A stretch of DNA of 59,933 nt from Candidatus Bathyarchaeia archaeon (GCA_037481775.1 JBBFKZ010000010.1:1-59933), one strand, 5' to 3'; shown: positions 29,411-37,586, numbered from the stretch's first letter. The notes: a model not told the origin generated them from the sequence alone. Made by a program: numbers and translations.

Positions 29411-29548
29411 TCCTTTTAACCTGTTTACTCGAGCTTTATTTACGCCATAACACAATAAAGAAAGTATAGAATTGCCGCGTAAATTTACCATCAAAATTTT
29501 GCTCGGCATTGAAATAAGCTGCCAATACTTCCTGTTTACGAGTAAATT

Positions 29549-29623
29549 AGTGCGGGGGGTGGGACTTGAACCCACTCTTTTGGGGTCTTTTTCCATTTTA
29601 GGCGAGGTTTTGTTTTTGCTCAT
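29549..29623 (-). CDS. integrase N-terminal fragment int(N)
   Basis: MSKNKTSPKMEKDPKR runs into the att in the same frame (VGSSPTPRT) as int(C) (VGSNPTPRT); the ORF-track extension to 29309 is host readthrough. Confidence 0.8.
29550..29575 (-). repeat. att site: duplicated 3' end of tRNA-Leu
   Basis: GTGCGGGGGGTGGGACTTGAACCCAC versus GTGCGGGGGGTGGGATTTGAACCCAC at 34723-34748 (1 mismatch). Confidence 0.95.
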
Positions 29624-29649
29624 GTTTTGTCTTCCTATGAGGTAACTGT

Positions 29650-29688
29650 TAACTGTTATTTTTGTTGGGAATGTCTTAATAACAGTTA
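29650..29688. promoter_or_regulatory. 11-bp inverted repeat upstream of int(N)
   Basis: TAACTGTTATT-N17-AATAACAGTTA with an extra TAACTGTT half-site at 29643. Confidence 0.55.
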
Positions 29689-29764
29689 CTCAACTTTTGG
29701 CAAAAGTAAAAGAGATTAAGTCAATTTTTTGAGTAGCACTTTTTCATTTTTTAACCCTGTTGTG

Positions 29765-30508
29765 TTATTTCGCTTGTTGTAAAATTCTTATTTCAGGGCA
29801 GAGAGGACATTTACCTTTTAAGGGCTCACCATTTTCAACTTTTGATGCTAAAAGCAAAACGTCTCTGGCAAGTTCTGCAAATAAATCAATAACATTTTTG
29901 TTAGCTCCCTTCATGTAGAACATGTCACAAGAACGTCGTATCTCATTCTCAATATTATACTTCCATGATGAATCATTTTTGGTTATTTGTTCTGCAAAAT
30001 CACATTTGCCCATCAACAAGCCACCAATAGAAAGCCATTCCATGCGAATTCGTTCAGCCTCTTCAAATATATCGTTTTTACTTTTTTCTTGTTCTTGTTT
30101 TTTTCTTTCTTTTATGAACTCTTCAATTTTCAAGAGTTTTTCATAAATCTTAGGGTAACCTGTCTTCAAGTGCTCTTTTGCGTTATGGCAAAGATTGTTT
30201 GGTGTGTTGAAACTGGAAAAACAAAGAAGAATCAAGAATTCAGGAACTACACGTTTTGAGTGCTCTAAAGCTATATTATATTCTTGAGCGTTTTGATAAG
30301 TTCTAATGTATTCATACCATACATAATAATTACCTTCTTTTCGCACCAGTCCCCAATAAATGAGGTAATCTTTTAAGAGCCGCTCAAGTGTCTTTTTTGG
30401 AATTCCAAGCTTAAGTAGGTCGCTCCAACTTTTTTCTCCATCCTTAAGGGTCTCAATGACTAGTTTTATCCAATGTGAGATTGACACTTTCTTAGCCATT
30501 GTTATCAT
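29765..30508 (-). CDS. winged-helix protein with C-terminal CxxC (putative repressor of the element)
   Basis: HTH-wing pattern SWSDL.KLGIPKKTL.R.L...L..WGLV.KEG..Y; C-terminal GKCPLCP; divergent from the RHH gene. Confidence 0.65.
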   Translation of the reverse strand: MITMAKKVSISHWIKLVIETLKDGEKSWSDLLKLGIPKKTLERLLKDYLIYWGLVRKEGNYYVWYEYIRTYQNAQEYNIALEHSKRVVPEFLILLCFSSFNTPNNLCHNAKEHLKTGYPKIYEKLLKIEEFIKERKKQEQEKSKNDIFEEAERIRMEWLSIGGLLMGKCDFAEQITKNDSSWKYNIENEIRRSCDMFYMKGANKNVIDLFAELARDVLLLASKVENGEPLKGKCPLCPEIRILQQAK

Positions 30509-30513
30509 CTTCT

Positions 30514-30541
30514 TGACACCAAGATACTATATCAGGTGTCA
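30514..30541. promoter_or_regulatory. palindromic operator in divergent promoter
   Basis: TGACACC-aaGATActaTATCa-GGTGTCA. Confidence 0.6.
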
Positions 30542-30575
30542 TCAATATAAAGATTTGCAGAGGTGAAACAAAGAG

Positions 30576-30743
30576 ATGACTAAAGTGAAGAAGGAGCTTG
30601 TAAACCTAAACGTCAAAATACCTAAAAACATGGCTGAAGCCATACAGGGATTAATAAAAAATGAACTTTTCACAAACACCAGCGAATTTGTCAGAGAAGC
30701 AATCAGGAAACAAGTGCAAAACATAGAGACAAAAGAGGCTTAA
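30576..30743 (+). CDS. ribbon-helix-helix (CopG/Arc/MetJ) DNA-binding protein, 55 aa
   Basis: not in ORF track; MTKVKKELVNLNVKIPKNMAEAIQGLIKNELFTNTSEFVREAIRKQVQNIETKEA; GAGGTGA RBS. Confidence 0.88.
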   Translation: MTKVKKELVNLNVKIPKNMAEAIQGLIKNELFTNTSEFVREAIRKQVQNIETKEA

Positions 30744-30746
30744 GCT

Positions 30747-31001
30747 ATGGATGAAGCAAAATTTGAGCCTACCATTCTAAGCGCTGTCTGCAAGTGTGGA
30801 GCAGTCTTCCAAGCAGTCGTTAACTTGCCAATATACTGTGAGCTCTCAGACGACAAGGGCAACATCTACCACCTGAAAATCGCTGAGCATGTAATCGTGA
30901 AATGTCCATTATGCAACAGACTCCTGAATGTAGGCAATGGCAGTAAACGTGAAACTGAGCCACCTGAGAAGCACGAGAAAGGCATCTACGTTCAATATTA
31001 A
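30747..31001 (+). CDS. small zinc-finger protein
   Basis: CKCG...CPLC; 3 nt after the RHH stop. Confidence 0.7.
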   Translation: MDEAKFEPTILSAVCKCGAVFQAVVNLPIYCELSDDKGNIYHLKIAEHVIVKCPLCNRLLNVGNGSKRETEPPEKHEKGIYVQY

Positions 31002-31037
31002 GCCACTGAAAAGGAGAAGGAGAAAGGATAACTGTTT

Positions 31038-32969
31038 ATGACGTTGCAGAGCGATAAAAGCTTTGCTGAAGCAGTAAAGGAATACGACGAGTCAGGTTTA
31101 GTTAAGCGCTTACTGTGCCCTTTCTGTGGACAGGACAAACTTAGGCTAAGCCACGTTGACGACGTAGGCACGCCATTCTATAAGTGTGATAACTGTGGAA
31201 GATTCTGCTCAAATCCTAAGACTGCAGAGCGCAAACAGCTTGAGGAACAGCTTGCCCATGCAGAAAAAGTTTCAGATGAAGAGGAAGAAGAAGAGGAGAA
31301 GCAAGCATTAAACCTCTATGTTCTCGCTAAAGCCATAATCTACGACATGCCAATAATCACAGACAAGCGCACCTACCTCATGCTAAGATTCAATGGCAAA
31401 AGCTGGGAAGACGACGCAGAAAGCTACATCCAAGAGAGACTGGTAAAAGCAGAGGGAGACGCCTACAAGCCATATCACTTGACAACGCTCACGCAGATGA
31501 TTCAGGGCTTAACGTTCGCAGAGTTCCAAGAGCCAGAGCCTAACCTGCTGTGCCTCGAGAATGGAGTCTTAGACGTTCACACGATGACGCTGAAGCCTCA
31601 CAGCCCAGAATACCACTTCAGAAACATGATAAACGCAGAATACAAGCCAACAGCGAAAGCCACAGAATTCGAGCGCTGGCTTGAAGAGGTTCTACCAGAC
31701 CCAGAGGCGAGAAAATGCATCCAAGAAATTTTTGGCTACTGCCTCTACAGAGACTACCCACTTCACTACCTATTCTTCCTTGTGGGCTCAGGAAGAAATG
31801 GAAGAAGCACCCTAATGCGCACACTACAGGACATCTTAGGCAAGAAACAATGCTCAAGTGTGCCTCTTGAGCTTCTACCAGAACGTTTCCAAGTAACTAA
31901 CCTAATTGGCAAATTGGTAAACATAGTTTCAGAGCCACGCAGTAGAAAAGCATTGGACACGCCAATAATTAAGAAGCTCACAGGAGCAGACTTGATAGAC
32001 GCAGAGATAAAGGGCAAGCAGAAAACCATAGCCTTCACAAACTACGCTAAGATTATCGTTTTAGCGAATGAGCTTCCACCAGTAAGAGACACGTCATATG
32101 GATGGTGGGAGCGAGTCATAGTCATAGAGTTTCCAGTAACCATTTCTGAAGAGAAACGTGTGCCCAACATAGAGGAGAAATGGCTAAGCAATCCTGAAGA
32201 ACGCAGTGGAATACTCAACTGGGCTCTTGAAGGGCTCAAGCGCCTATTCATAAACAGGTGCTTCACAAAAAGCGAATCCATGAAAAACCAGATAGAGCAG
32301 TATAAACGATGGAGCCAACCAGCAGAATACTTCCTTGAGAAATACTGCAGGTATGCACCTAACCTATGGATAACCAAAAAAGAGCTATACGAAGCCTACA
32401 AGCTCATATGCGAAGAAGAAGGCTTACAGGTGCTTTCAGAAGAAAACTTCGCAAAAGAAGTGAAGAAGAAGCCAAGAGTAAAGGTGGAGAGAAGAAGATT
32501 AGAAGGAAGAAGAGAACAAGTCTGGGTAGGTTTAACAATAAAAGAAGAACTTTATACGCAAACAGAAAATGAAGAGAACCTGCCTACTCAGAACAGAGAC
32601 ATTTGCTCATTTATGAAAGAGAATGACCAAACTGGTCAAGGTGGTCAAGGTGGTCAAGGTATTTCCTTACCACGTGAAATGTTAAAGCCTATGGAAAATC
32701 ATGATGAAGAGAACGTAGAAGAAGATTTTAAGACAATAAGAAATCACCCTGACCACCCTGACCACCCTGACCACTTGGAGCATTCTCTGGGAGACTTGCT
32801 TAAGCAGTTTAGAGCCAAGTTTCCAGACTGCTTCAATAGCACTGAATTTTACCACTTCATGATTGCTATGCATGGATTATCTTCTGAGGATGCTGAGAGT
32901 CTGCTTAGGCGCTTGAAGGAGAGTGGAGAAGTGTTCTCTACGTATGAAGGAGTTTACAGGTGGAGTTAG
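31038..32969 (+). CDS. phage/plasmid P4-alpha/D5-type SF3 helicase (replication protein) with N-terminal Zn ribbon
   Basis: CPFC..CDNC ribbon, D5_N motif LC.ENGVLD...M.L.PHSP, Walker A GSGRNGRST, Walker B NIVSE, motif C LANELP, C-terminal wHTH. Confidence 0.9.
   Translation: MTLQSDKSFAEAVKEYDESGLVKRLLCPFCGQDKLRLSHVDDVGTPFYKCDNCGRFCSNPKTAERKQLEEQLAHAEKVSDEEEEEEEKQALNLYVLAKAIIYDMPIITDKRTYLMLRFNGKSWEDDAESYIQERLVKAEGDAYKPYHLTTLTQMIQGLTFAEFQEPEPNLLCLENGVLDVHTMTLKPHSPEYHFRNMINAEYKPTAKATEFERWLEEVLPDPEARKCIQEIFGYCLYRDYPLHYLFFLVGSGRNGRSTLMRTLQDILGKKQCSSVPLELLPERFQVTNLIGKLVNIVSEPRSRKALDTPIIKKLTGADLIDAEIKGKQKTIAFTNYAKIIVLANELPPVRDTSYGWWERVIVIEFPVTISEEKRVPNIEEKWLSNPEERSGILNWALEGLKRLFINRCFTKSESMKNQIEQYKRWSQPAEYFLEKYCRYAPNLWITKKELYEAYKLICEEEGLQVLSEENFAKEVKKKPRVKVERRRLEGRREQVWVGLTIKEELYTQTENEENLPTQNRDICSFMKENDQTGQGGQGGQGISLPREMLKPMENHDEENVEEDFKTIRNHPDHPDHPDHLEHSLGDLLKQFRAKFPDCFNSTEFYHFMIAMHGLSSEDAESLLRRLKESGEVFSTYEGVYRWS
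32633..32774. repeat. inverted pair of triple 9-bp repeats inside the helicase gene
   Basis: (TGGTCAAGG)3 at 32633-32659 and (ACCCTGACC)3 at 32746-32772; reverse complements except one position. Confidence 0.9.
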
Positions 32970-32971
32970 AA

Positions 32972-33340
32972 ATGGGAAACGAGGATTTCATGATTTTCCT
33001 TGAAGACTTCTGCAATTTCCTGAATGACTTGGAAGCCTCTATTGTCGAAATGAAACAGCAGATTGCTAAGCTTACGTCTGGAGAGCAAGTGTGGACATGG
33101 AATCCTGAGGCTATTCGCTGGGAAAGGGCTGAGGGCGCTAATGGCGAATATGAGAAAAGCGTGGACTATAATAGCAGAGACTTCAAGGCTTTACTGAGGG
33201 ACTTGTCTGCGCATGGTGGAAAGCTTATTCGTGAAGGCTTCTTTTACTGGCTTTTCAGGAATGGCTTAACTGTAGGTAGAAAACGTAGGGTAAAAGACGC
33301 AGAAAACAAGTGTGTTACAAGGAGAATGGATAATCCATGA
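32972..33340 (+). CDS. hypothetical protein of the integrated element
   Basis: AGGTGGAG RBS; short coiled coil then WNPE.I.WE..EG..G.YE domain. Confidence 0.7.
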   Translation: MGNEDFMIFLEDFCNFLNDLEASIVEMKQQIAKLTSGEQVWTWNPEAIRWERAEGANGEYEKSVDYNSRDFKALLRDLSAHGGKLIREGFFYWLFRNGLTVGRKRRVKDAENKCVTRRMDNP

Positions 33341-33399
33341 TTAAGTCTGCTCTGTTTTTTCTGCTCATTCTTTTTGCAGTCATACTTCACGAAACAGGT

Positions 33400-33493
33400 T
33401 TCTCTGAAAACTATGGGTGTCTGTGAGGCTTGAGAAATTGAGAAATCTGAGAAATTGAGAAAAGGCTTCTCTGAAAACTATGGGTGTCTGTGA
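33400..33493 (+). repeat. 27-bp direct repeats enclosing 4 x TGAGAAA(T): iteron-like array
   Basis: TTCTCTGAAAACTATGGGTGTCTGTGA at 33400-33426 and 33467-33493; AT-rich TATATATATTAATTA follows. Confidence 0.88.
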
Positions 33494-33824
33494 AAGTGGT
33501 GAAATGGTATATATATTAATTACAGTGTGGAAAGAGGCTTTTTTCTGGCTCTTTCAGTGTCTAAAACATGCTTATTTCATCTTATTATGGAAAGATGAAG
33601 TTAGAATGAGTTAGCCATGAATGCTTAACCTGACTTTAACATATTGCTATAAGTTAAAGTGAGATGGAAAAAGCACCTTATCTGCATGAAAACTTGGTAG
33701 AAAGCAAGGATTCAATATTAATTGAAAATAAATATATACGCAACTCAGACATATACGCAAAAAGACATATGAAACTGAAACGTTAACTTCAGAAATCCAA
33801 ACCAATCAAGTGTAGCCTTTAGGT

Positions 33825-34748
33825 TTACGTAAGCATTTTTGGCTTTCTCAGACAATAACCCCACTCAGTCTTAGCCACAAACTCATAACCATCACTGAGA
33901 TATTTCGCAAGCTCTTCTTTTTCCACAGCATAAACAACATCAAACTCGTTTTCCCTAACCCAACTTTTCACTATGTGCACATACCTAAGCGTATTTTGAA
34001 TGTTGCAGTGCCTCGCAAAACGCTGAGTCTCCACAATATCTTTAGTCTTGAAGTATTTCCAGCTAATCGCAAAATGTCTGAACGTGTGGAAATGAATTTT
34101 CAGAAAGTCAGAGTTTCCAGTTTCCTCAGCTAAAATTTGCCTATAACGCCATAAAGCGTTATTAAGGTATTTTACATTTTTAAATTTGAAGATTCTCTCA
34201 GCTTTTTTAGGAATCTTCATTAAAAGAGTTGTAAGCTCTTCGCTTATGGGATACTGCATTGTTCTATGTCCCTTAACTCCAGTTATTGTTATGGTTCTGT
34301 TTTGAAGGTTCACGTCTTTCCATGTTAAGCACCAAACCTCTGAAGCTGAAGCCCCAGTTTCCACAGCGATTAAAACGCAAGCTCTGAACTGAAGGTTTCT
34401 AATCCTGTAAATTAGCTGTTTAACCATTGAGGGAGTGGGAACATAAAGCTCTGTGTTATTGTAAGCTCTGAATTTTGGCTTCTGAACCTTCAACCCTAAG
34501 AACTCTGCATATTGCCTAATAGTTTCTAAAGCGCATTCTTTGCTTTTTTCACTCCAATTCTTAGCCAAGACTTGACTGAACATGTTTTCAATTGGATAGT
34601 TCAATTTTTTGAGGTATTTCAGCTTCCTTTGAACAGTGCTTTCTCTGTTGCCTTTTCTAAGCAACCATAAACCAAACTCGACAAGTTTAGCATCATTGAA
34701 AACTGCAATAGGTTCGATATAGGTGCGGGGGGTGGGATTTGAACCCAC
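33825..34748 (-). CDS. tyrosine recombinase/integrase C-terminal part int(C)
   Basis: HTFRH (HxxR), RH.NI..TLRY (H...Y), GVKG (K); frame opens inside the att/tRNA T-arm; the first catalytic Arg position reads Ser (ETGASASE). Confidence 0.92.
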   Translation of the reverse strand: MGSNPTPRTYIEPIAVFNDAKLVEFGLWLLRKGNRESTVQRKLKYLKKLNYPIENMFSQVLAKNWSEKSKECALETIRQYAEFLGLKVQKPKFRAYNNTELYVPTPSMVKQLIYRIRNLQFRACVLIAVETGASASEVWCLTWKDVNLQNRTITITGVKGHRTMQYPISEELTTLLMKIPKKAERIFKFKNVKYLNNALWRYRQILAEETGNSDFLKIHFHTFRHFAISWKYFKTKDIVETQRFARHCNIQNTLRYVHIVKSWVRENEFDVVYAVEKEELAKYLSDGYEFVAKTEWGYCLRKPKMLT

Positions 34749-34808
34749 GAACCCCTGCGGGATAGGCTCCTGAAGCCTACGCCTTTGGCCAGGCTCGGCG
34801 ACCCCCGC
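34724..34808 (-). tRNA. tRNA-Leu(CAG)
   Basis: acceptor GCGGGGG/CCCCCGC, discriminator A, anticodon arm TAGGC-TTCAGGA-GCCTA, long variable arm, GGTTCAAATCC. Confidence 0.97.
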
Positions 34809-35004
34809 GCTTGCACGCCATCTTTTGGTAGTTGTTGAAAATAACTCTTACTGAATAAATATGTTGCCAAGTTTTACGGGCTGCTCATTTTTGCCTAGAA
34901 AACGAGCGCCTATATTTGGCTGAATTTTACCTTTTCACGGATGGGTATGCAAAAAAGTTAAATGTATTCGTCAACGAGATATACCTTGCAAAAAGTGATT
35001 TCGT

Positions 35005-35571
35005 ATGAATAAAAAAGCAGTATCAACGCTTTTGATTGTAGGCGTAGTGGTTATTGTTGTAGTCGTCGCTGGCGTGGCAGCCTATTGGATGTTGACTAAT
35101 CCTGCTGGAATAGGCGAACAAACTGGTGGTGAAGAAACTGGCGGCGAAGAGACAGGTGGTGGAACGGCGCCAAATGTTGCAGGTGCATCAAGCTTGCAGT
35201 TTGATGTAATCGCCACAATGGAAGGCGTCCAAGAAAAATACACATTTATGGCTAAAAACATAGGGACCTCCAACCTGATGATGCGTGTAGACCAGACTGA
35301 TGCGCAGGGCAACGCTTTCAAGTACATAATTAACTCTGTTGAACAAAAAGTGTGGGTTTATTACGACGGCCAGTGGGTGGATATGTCTGACCAATTCTCA
35401 ATGTACTGGGATCAATGGAAACCCGCCTTTGATGGATATAAGAGCAACCTCGAAGGCTGGTCAGGAACAGGCGATTATGAATACACCGCTAATGGCAATT
35501 CGTTCAAAATCACTAACATACTTGTGAATCCAACCCTTCCAGATTCCCTGTTCCAACCCGGAACTCACTAA
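35005..35571 (+). CDS. membrane-anchored exported protein with class III (pilin-like) signal peptide
   Basis: MNKKA|VS followed by a hydrophobic helix; GGEET linker repeats; beta-rich domain ending NPTLPDSLF. Confidence 0.75.
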   Translation: MNKKAVSTLLIVGVVVIVVVVAGVAAYWMLTNPAGIGEQTGGEETGGEETGGGTAPNVAGASSLQFDVIATMEGVQEKYTFMAKNIGTSNLMMRVDQTDAQGNAFKYIINSVEQKVWVYYDGQWVDMSDQFSMYWDQWKPAFDGYKSNLEGWSGTGDYEYTANGNSFKITNILVNPTLPDSLFQPGTH

Positions 35572-35640
35572 GCAAAAAACAATGTAGTTCATCTTCCTTC
35601 TTTTTCTGTATAACGTGAAGCGGAAAGCGGAAAACAACAT

Positions 35641-36573
35641 TTACAAGATTTTATTATATGGTTCTCTCAATTGGTTTGCGCGTACAAAAAGCTCTTTCAA
35701 CTCTTTGTCGCCTGCGCCTCGGCGCATAGGCGTCAAAACATCAACTAAGTTATCGTTCCGCATAAGACAGGTTTTTAGCTTACCGTCGCTTGTAACTCGC
35801 AGTCTTGTGCAGTGAGCGCAGAACTCGCCGTTCTCAGTGGGATGCACCACTTCCACTGTTACGTCAGGCAGATAATAGATGTGCCGGTTATTCATGAAAC
35901 GCCTAGTTTCTATCTTCACGGCTTTCTGGCGTAGCATCTCCTCATGCTCATTCAAGAAGTTGTGGTAAACTGAAAAATATGTTTCGTCAACGTTCACAGG
36001 ATCAAGCTCGATTAGTTGTAGTATTGTGCCGGTTTGCCGCGCGAAATCCATCATTTCCGGCACATCATCAAAGTTGACGCCGTTCAAAACAACCATGTTA
36101 AGTTTAACAGGCTGGAAGCCTGCTTCAACCGCAGCTTTGACGCCGTCTAAAACATTTTCAATTTGCCCTTCAGTAAGCTTACGATAAACTTCCTTGTTTA
36201 GCGTGGGCAAACTAATGTTAACGCGCCTTAAGCCGCAAGCGCGAAGTTCCTGCGCTCGAGCACCAAGCATACTGCCGTTGGTCGTCATCGAAAGATCTTT
36301 CACGCCAGGTATTGCGGAGATACCTTTGACAATTTCGCAGAGGTCTTTCCGCATGAGCGGTTCTCCGCCTGTAAGCTTAATTCGGCTGATACCTAGCTCA
36401 ACAGCGATTTTCGCAATTCTCACAATTTCTTCAGCAGTCATTTCCTCAGTAATGCTGTTTGCGCTGCATTCTTCGCCTTCTTTATGGCAGTAATCGCAGC
36501 GCAGGTTACATCTCGGCGTTACTGCTATCCTAAGATTAAGCAGAGGTCTACCGTATCGGTCTATCAAGGTCAT
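35641..36573 (-). CDS. moaA: GTP 3',8-cyclase
   Basis: radical SAM CNLRCDYC, LTGGEP, C-terminal FC..CTRLRVT.DGKLK.CL. Confidence 0.95.
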   Translation of the reverse strand: MTLIDRYGRPLLNLRIAVTPRCNLRCDYCHKEGEECSANSITEEMTAEEIVRIAKIAVELGISRIKLTGGEPLMRKDLCEIVKGISAIPGVKDLSMTTNGSMLGARAQELRACGLRRVNISLPTLNKEVYRKLTEGQIENVLDGVKAAVEAGFQPVKLNMVVLNGVNFDDVPEMMDFARQTGTILQLIELDPVNVDETYFSVYHNFLNEHEEMLRQKAVKIETRRFMNNRHIYYLPDVTVEVVHPTENGEFCAHCTRLRVTSDGKLKTCLMRNDNLVDVLTPMRRGAGDKELKELFVRANQLREPYNKIL

Positions 36574-36575
36574 CG

Positions 36576-37106
36576 TTATTCCCGCGCGTGCCTAACGATA
36601 TGAGGCGTCTCGGGCAAAATAAGCTTTTCTACAGAAATCTGCACAGCATCAGGGGACCCCGGGATACAAAACAGCACCTTGCCCTTTGCGACGCCGGCGG
36701 CTGCGCGGGACATAACCGCTGCAGAACCCAGTTTGTCATAGCTTAAGCGCCGAAAAATCTCGCCAAAACCAGGCAGCGCCTTCTCAAAAAAAGGCGTGAC
36801 AGTCTCGATGGTGACATCTTTGGGAGTGATTCCTGTGCCGCCGCAGAATATTGCCGCATCCAACTCTGCGGAACCCAAAACATCGTCAACTGCTTCTTTA
36901 ATCATGCGCGCGTCGTCTGCGATTATCTTTTTGAAAAGCACCCTGTGCCCAGCGTTCCTCAATAAAGTCTCTATCGTGTCGCCTGATACGTCGCTTATTT
37001 TCTCGCCTTTCCGCAGTTGCTGATAACGCGAAGTGCTGCAAACAAAAACTGCAAAATTCAGCTCCTTGGGCGCAGATGCCTTGTGCTGCTTTGTGCTCTC
37101 GCTCAT
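36576..37106 (-). CDS. moaB: molybdopterin adenylyltransferase MoaB/MogA
   Basis: GGTGI.PKDVT.E, LPGFGE.FR, SRA.AG, PGSP.AV. Confidence 0.92.
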   Translation of the reverse strand: MSESTKQHKASAPKELNFAVFVCSTSRYQQLRKGEKISDVSGDTIETLLRNAGHRVLFKKIIADDARMIKEAVDDVLGSAELDAAIFCGGTGITPKDVTIETVTPFFEKALPGFGEIFRRLSYDKLGSAAVMSRAAAGVAKGKVLFCIPGSPDAVQISVEKLILPETPHIVRHARE

Positions 37107-37110
37107 GCGG

Positions 37111-37563
37111 TTACACCTGCTTCAACTTCCTAACAACGTGAATGTTTTCTATTGACGTTGTTGGATACTGGCCAGCAGCGTCTTTCTCATACTGCTTCAC
37201 CATATCCCAAATTGTCAGCAGTGCCGCGGAAACTGCAACAAGCGCCTCCATTTCCACGCCTGTCTGCGCTTTACTTTTCACTGTTGCTGTAACTTCCACA
37301 GTATTGCTATCCAGAATTTTAGTTTCAACTCCCACGTTCGTTAAAGGCAACGGATGACACAGCGGCACTAACTCGCTTGTTTTTTTAGCCGCCAAAATCC
37401 CCGCAATTCTCGCCGTGTAAAGCGGGTCGCCTTTGGCGATTTTTCCTTCTATAATCAAGTTTACAGTTTCGGGTTTCAGCTTAATCTTCCCTTTTGCAGT
37501 TGCCTCACGTAGTATCTCCGCTTTGTCAGACACATCCACCATCGTCACGAGATTTTCCTCCAA
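37111..37563 (-). CDS. moaC: cyclic pyranopterin monophosphate synthase
   Basis: MVDVS.K, PLCHP, TGVEMEAL, IWDMVK. Confidence 0.95.
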   Translation of the reverse strand: MEENLVTMVDVSDKAEILREATAKGKIKLKPETVNLIIEGKIAKGDPLYTARIAGILAAKKTSELVPLCHPLPLTNVGVETKILDSNTVEVTATVKSKAQTGVEMEALVAVSAALLTIWDMVKQYEKDAAGQYPTTSIENIHVVRKLKQV

Positions 37564-37586
37564 CGATTTGGATAAGATGTCGCCAC

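Larger units (their letters stand above)
29550..34748. mobile_element. ~5.2 kb integrated element (integrative plasmid / putative virus satellite) in tRNA-Leu(CAG)
   Basis: 26-bp att direct repeats, split tyrosine integrase, SF3 helicase, RHH and wHTH regulators, iteron-like repeats; no capsid gene recognised. Confidence 0.92.

Noticed and set aside
29309-29548. Remainder of the 104-aa ORF 29309-29623
   Set aside because: Beyond the att it is host sequence read by chance and overlaps the macrodomain gene antisense
33400-33493. Mini-CRISPR array (27-bp repeat, 40-bp spacer)
   Set aside because: Only two repeats, the spacer is itself a tandem repeat, no ATTGAAA(G/C)-type 3' end and no cas genes; iteron-like array is more plausible
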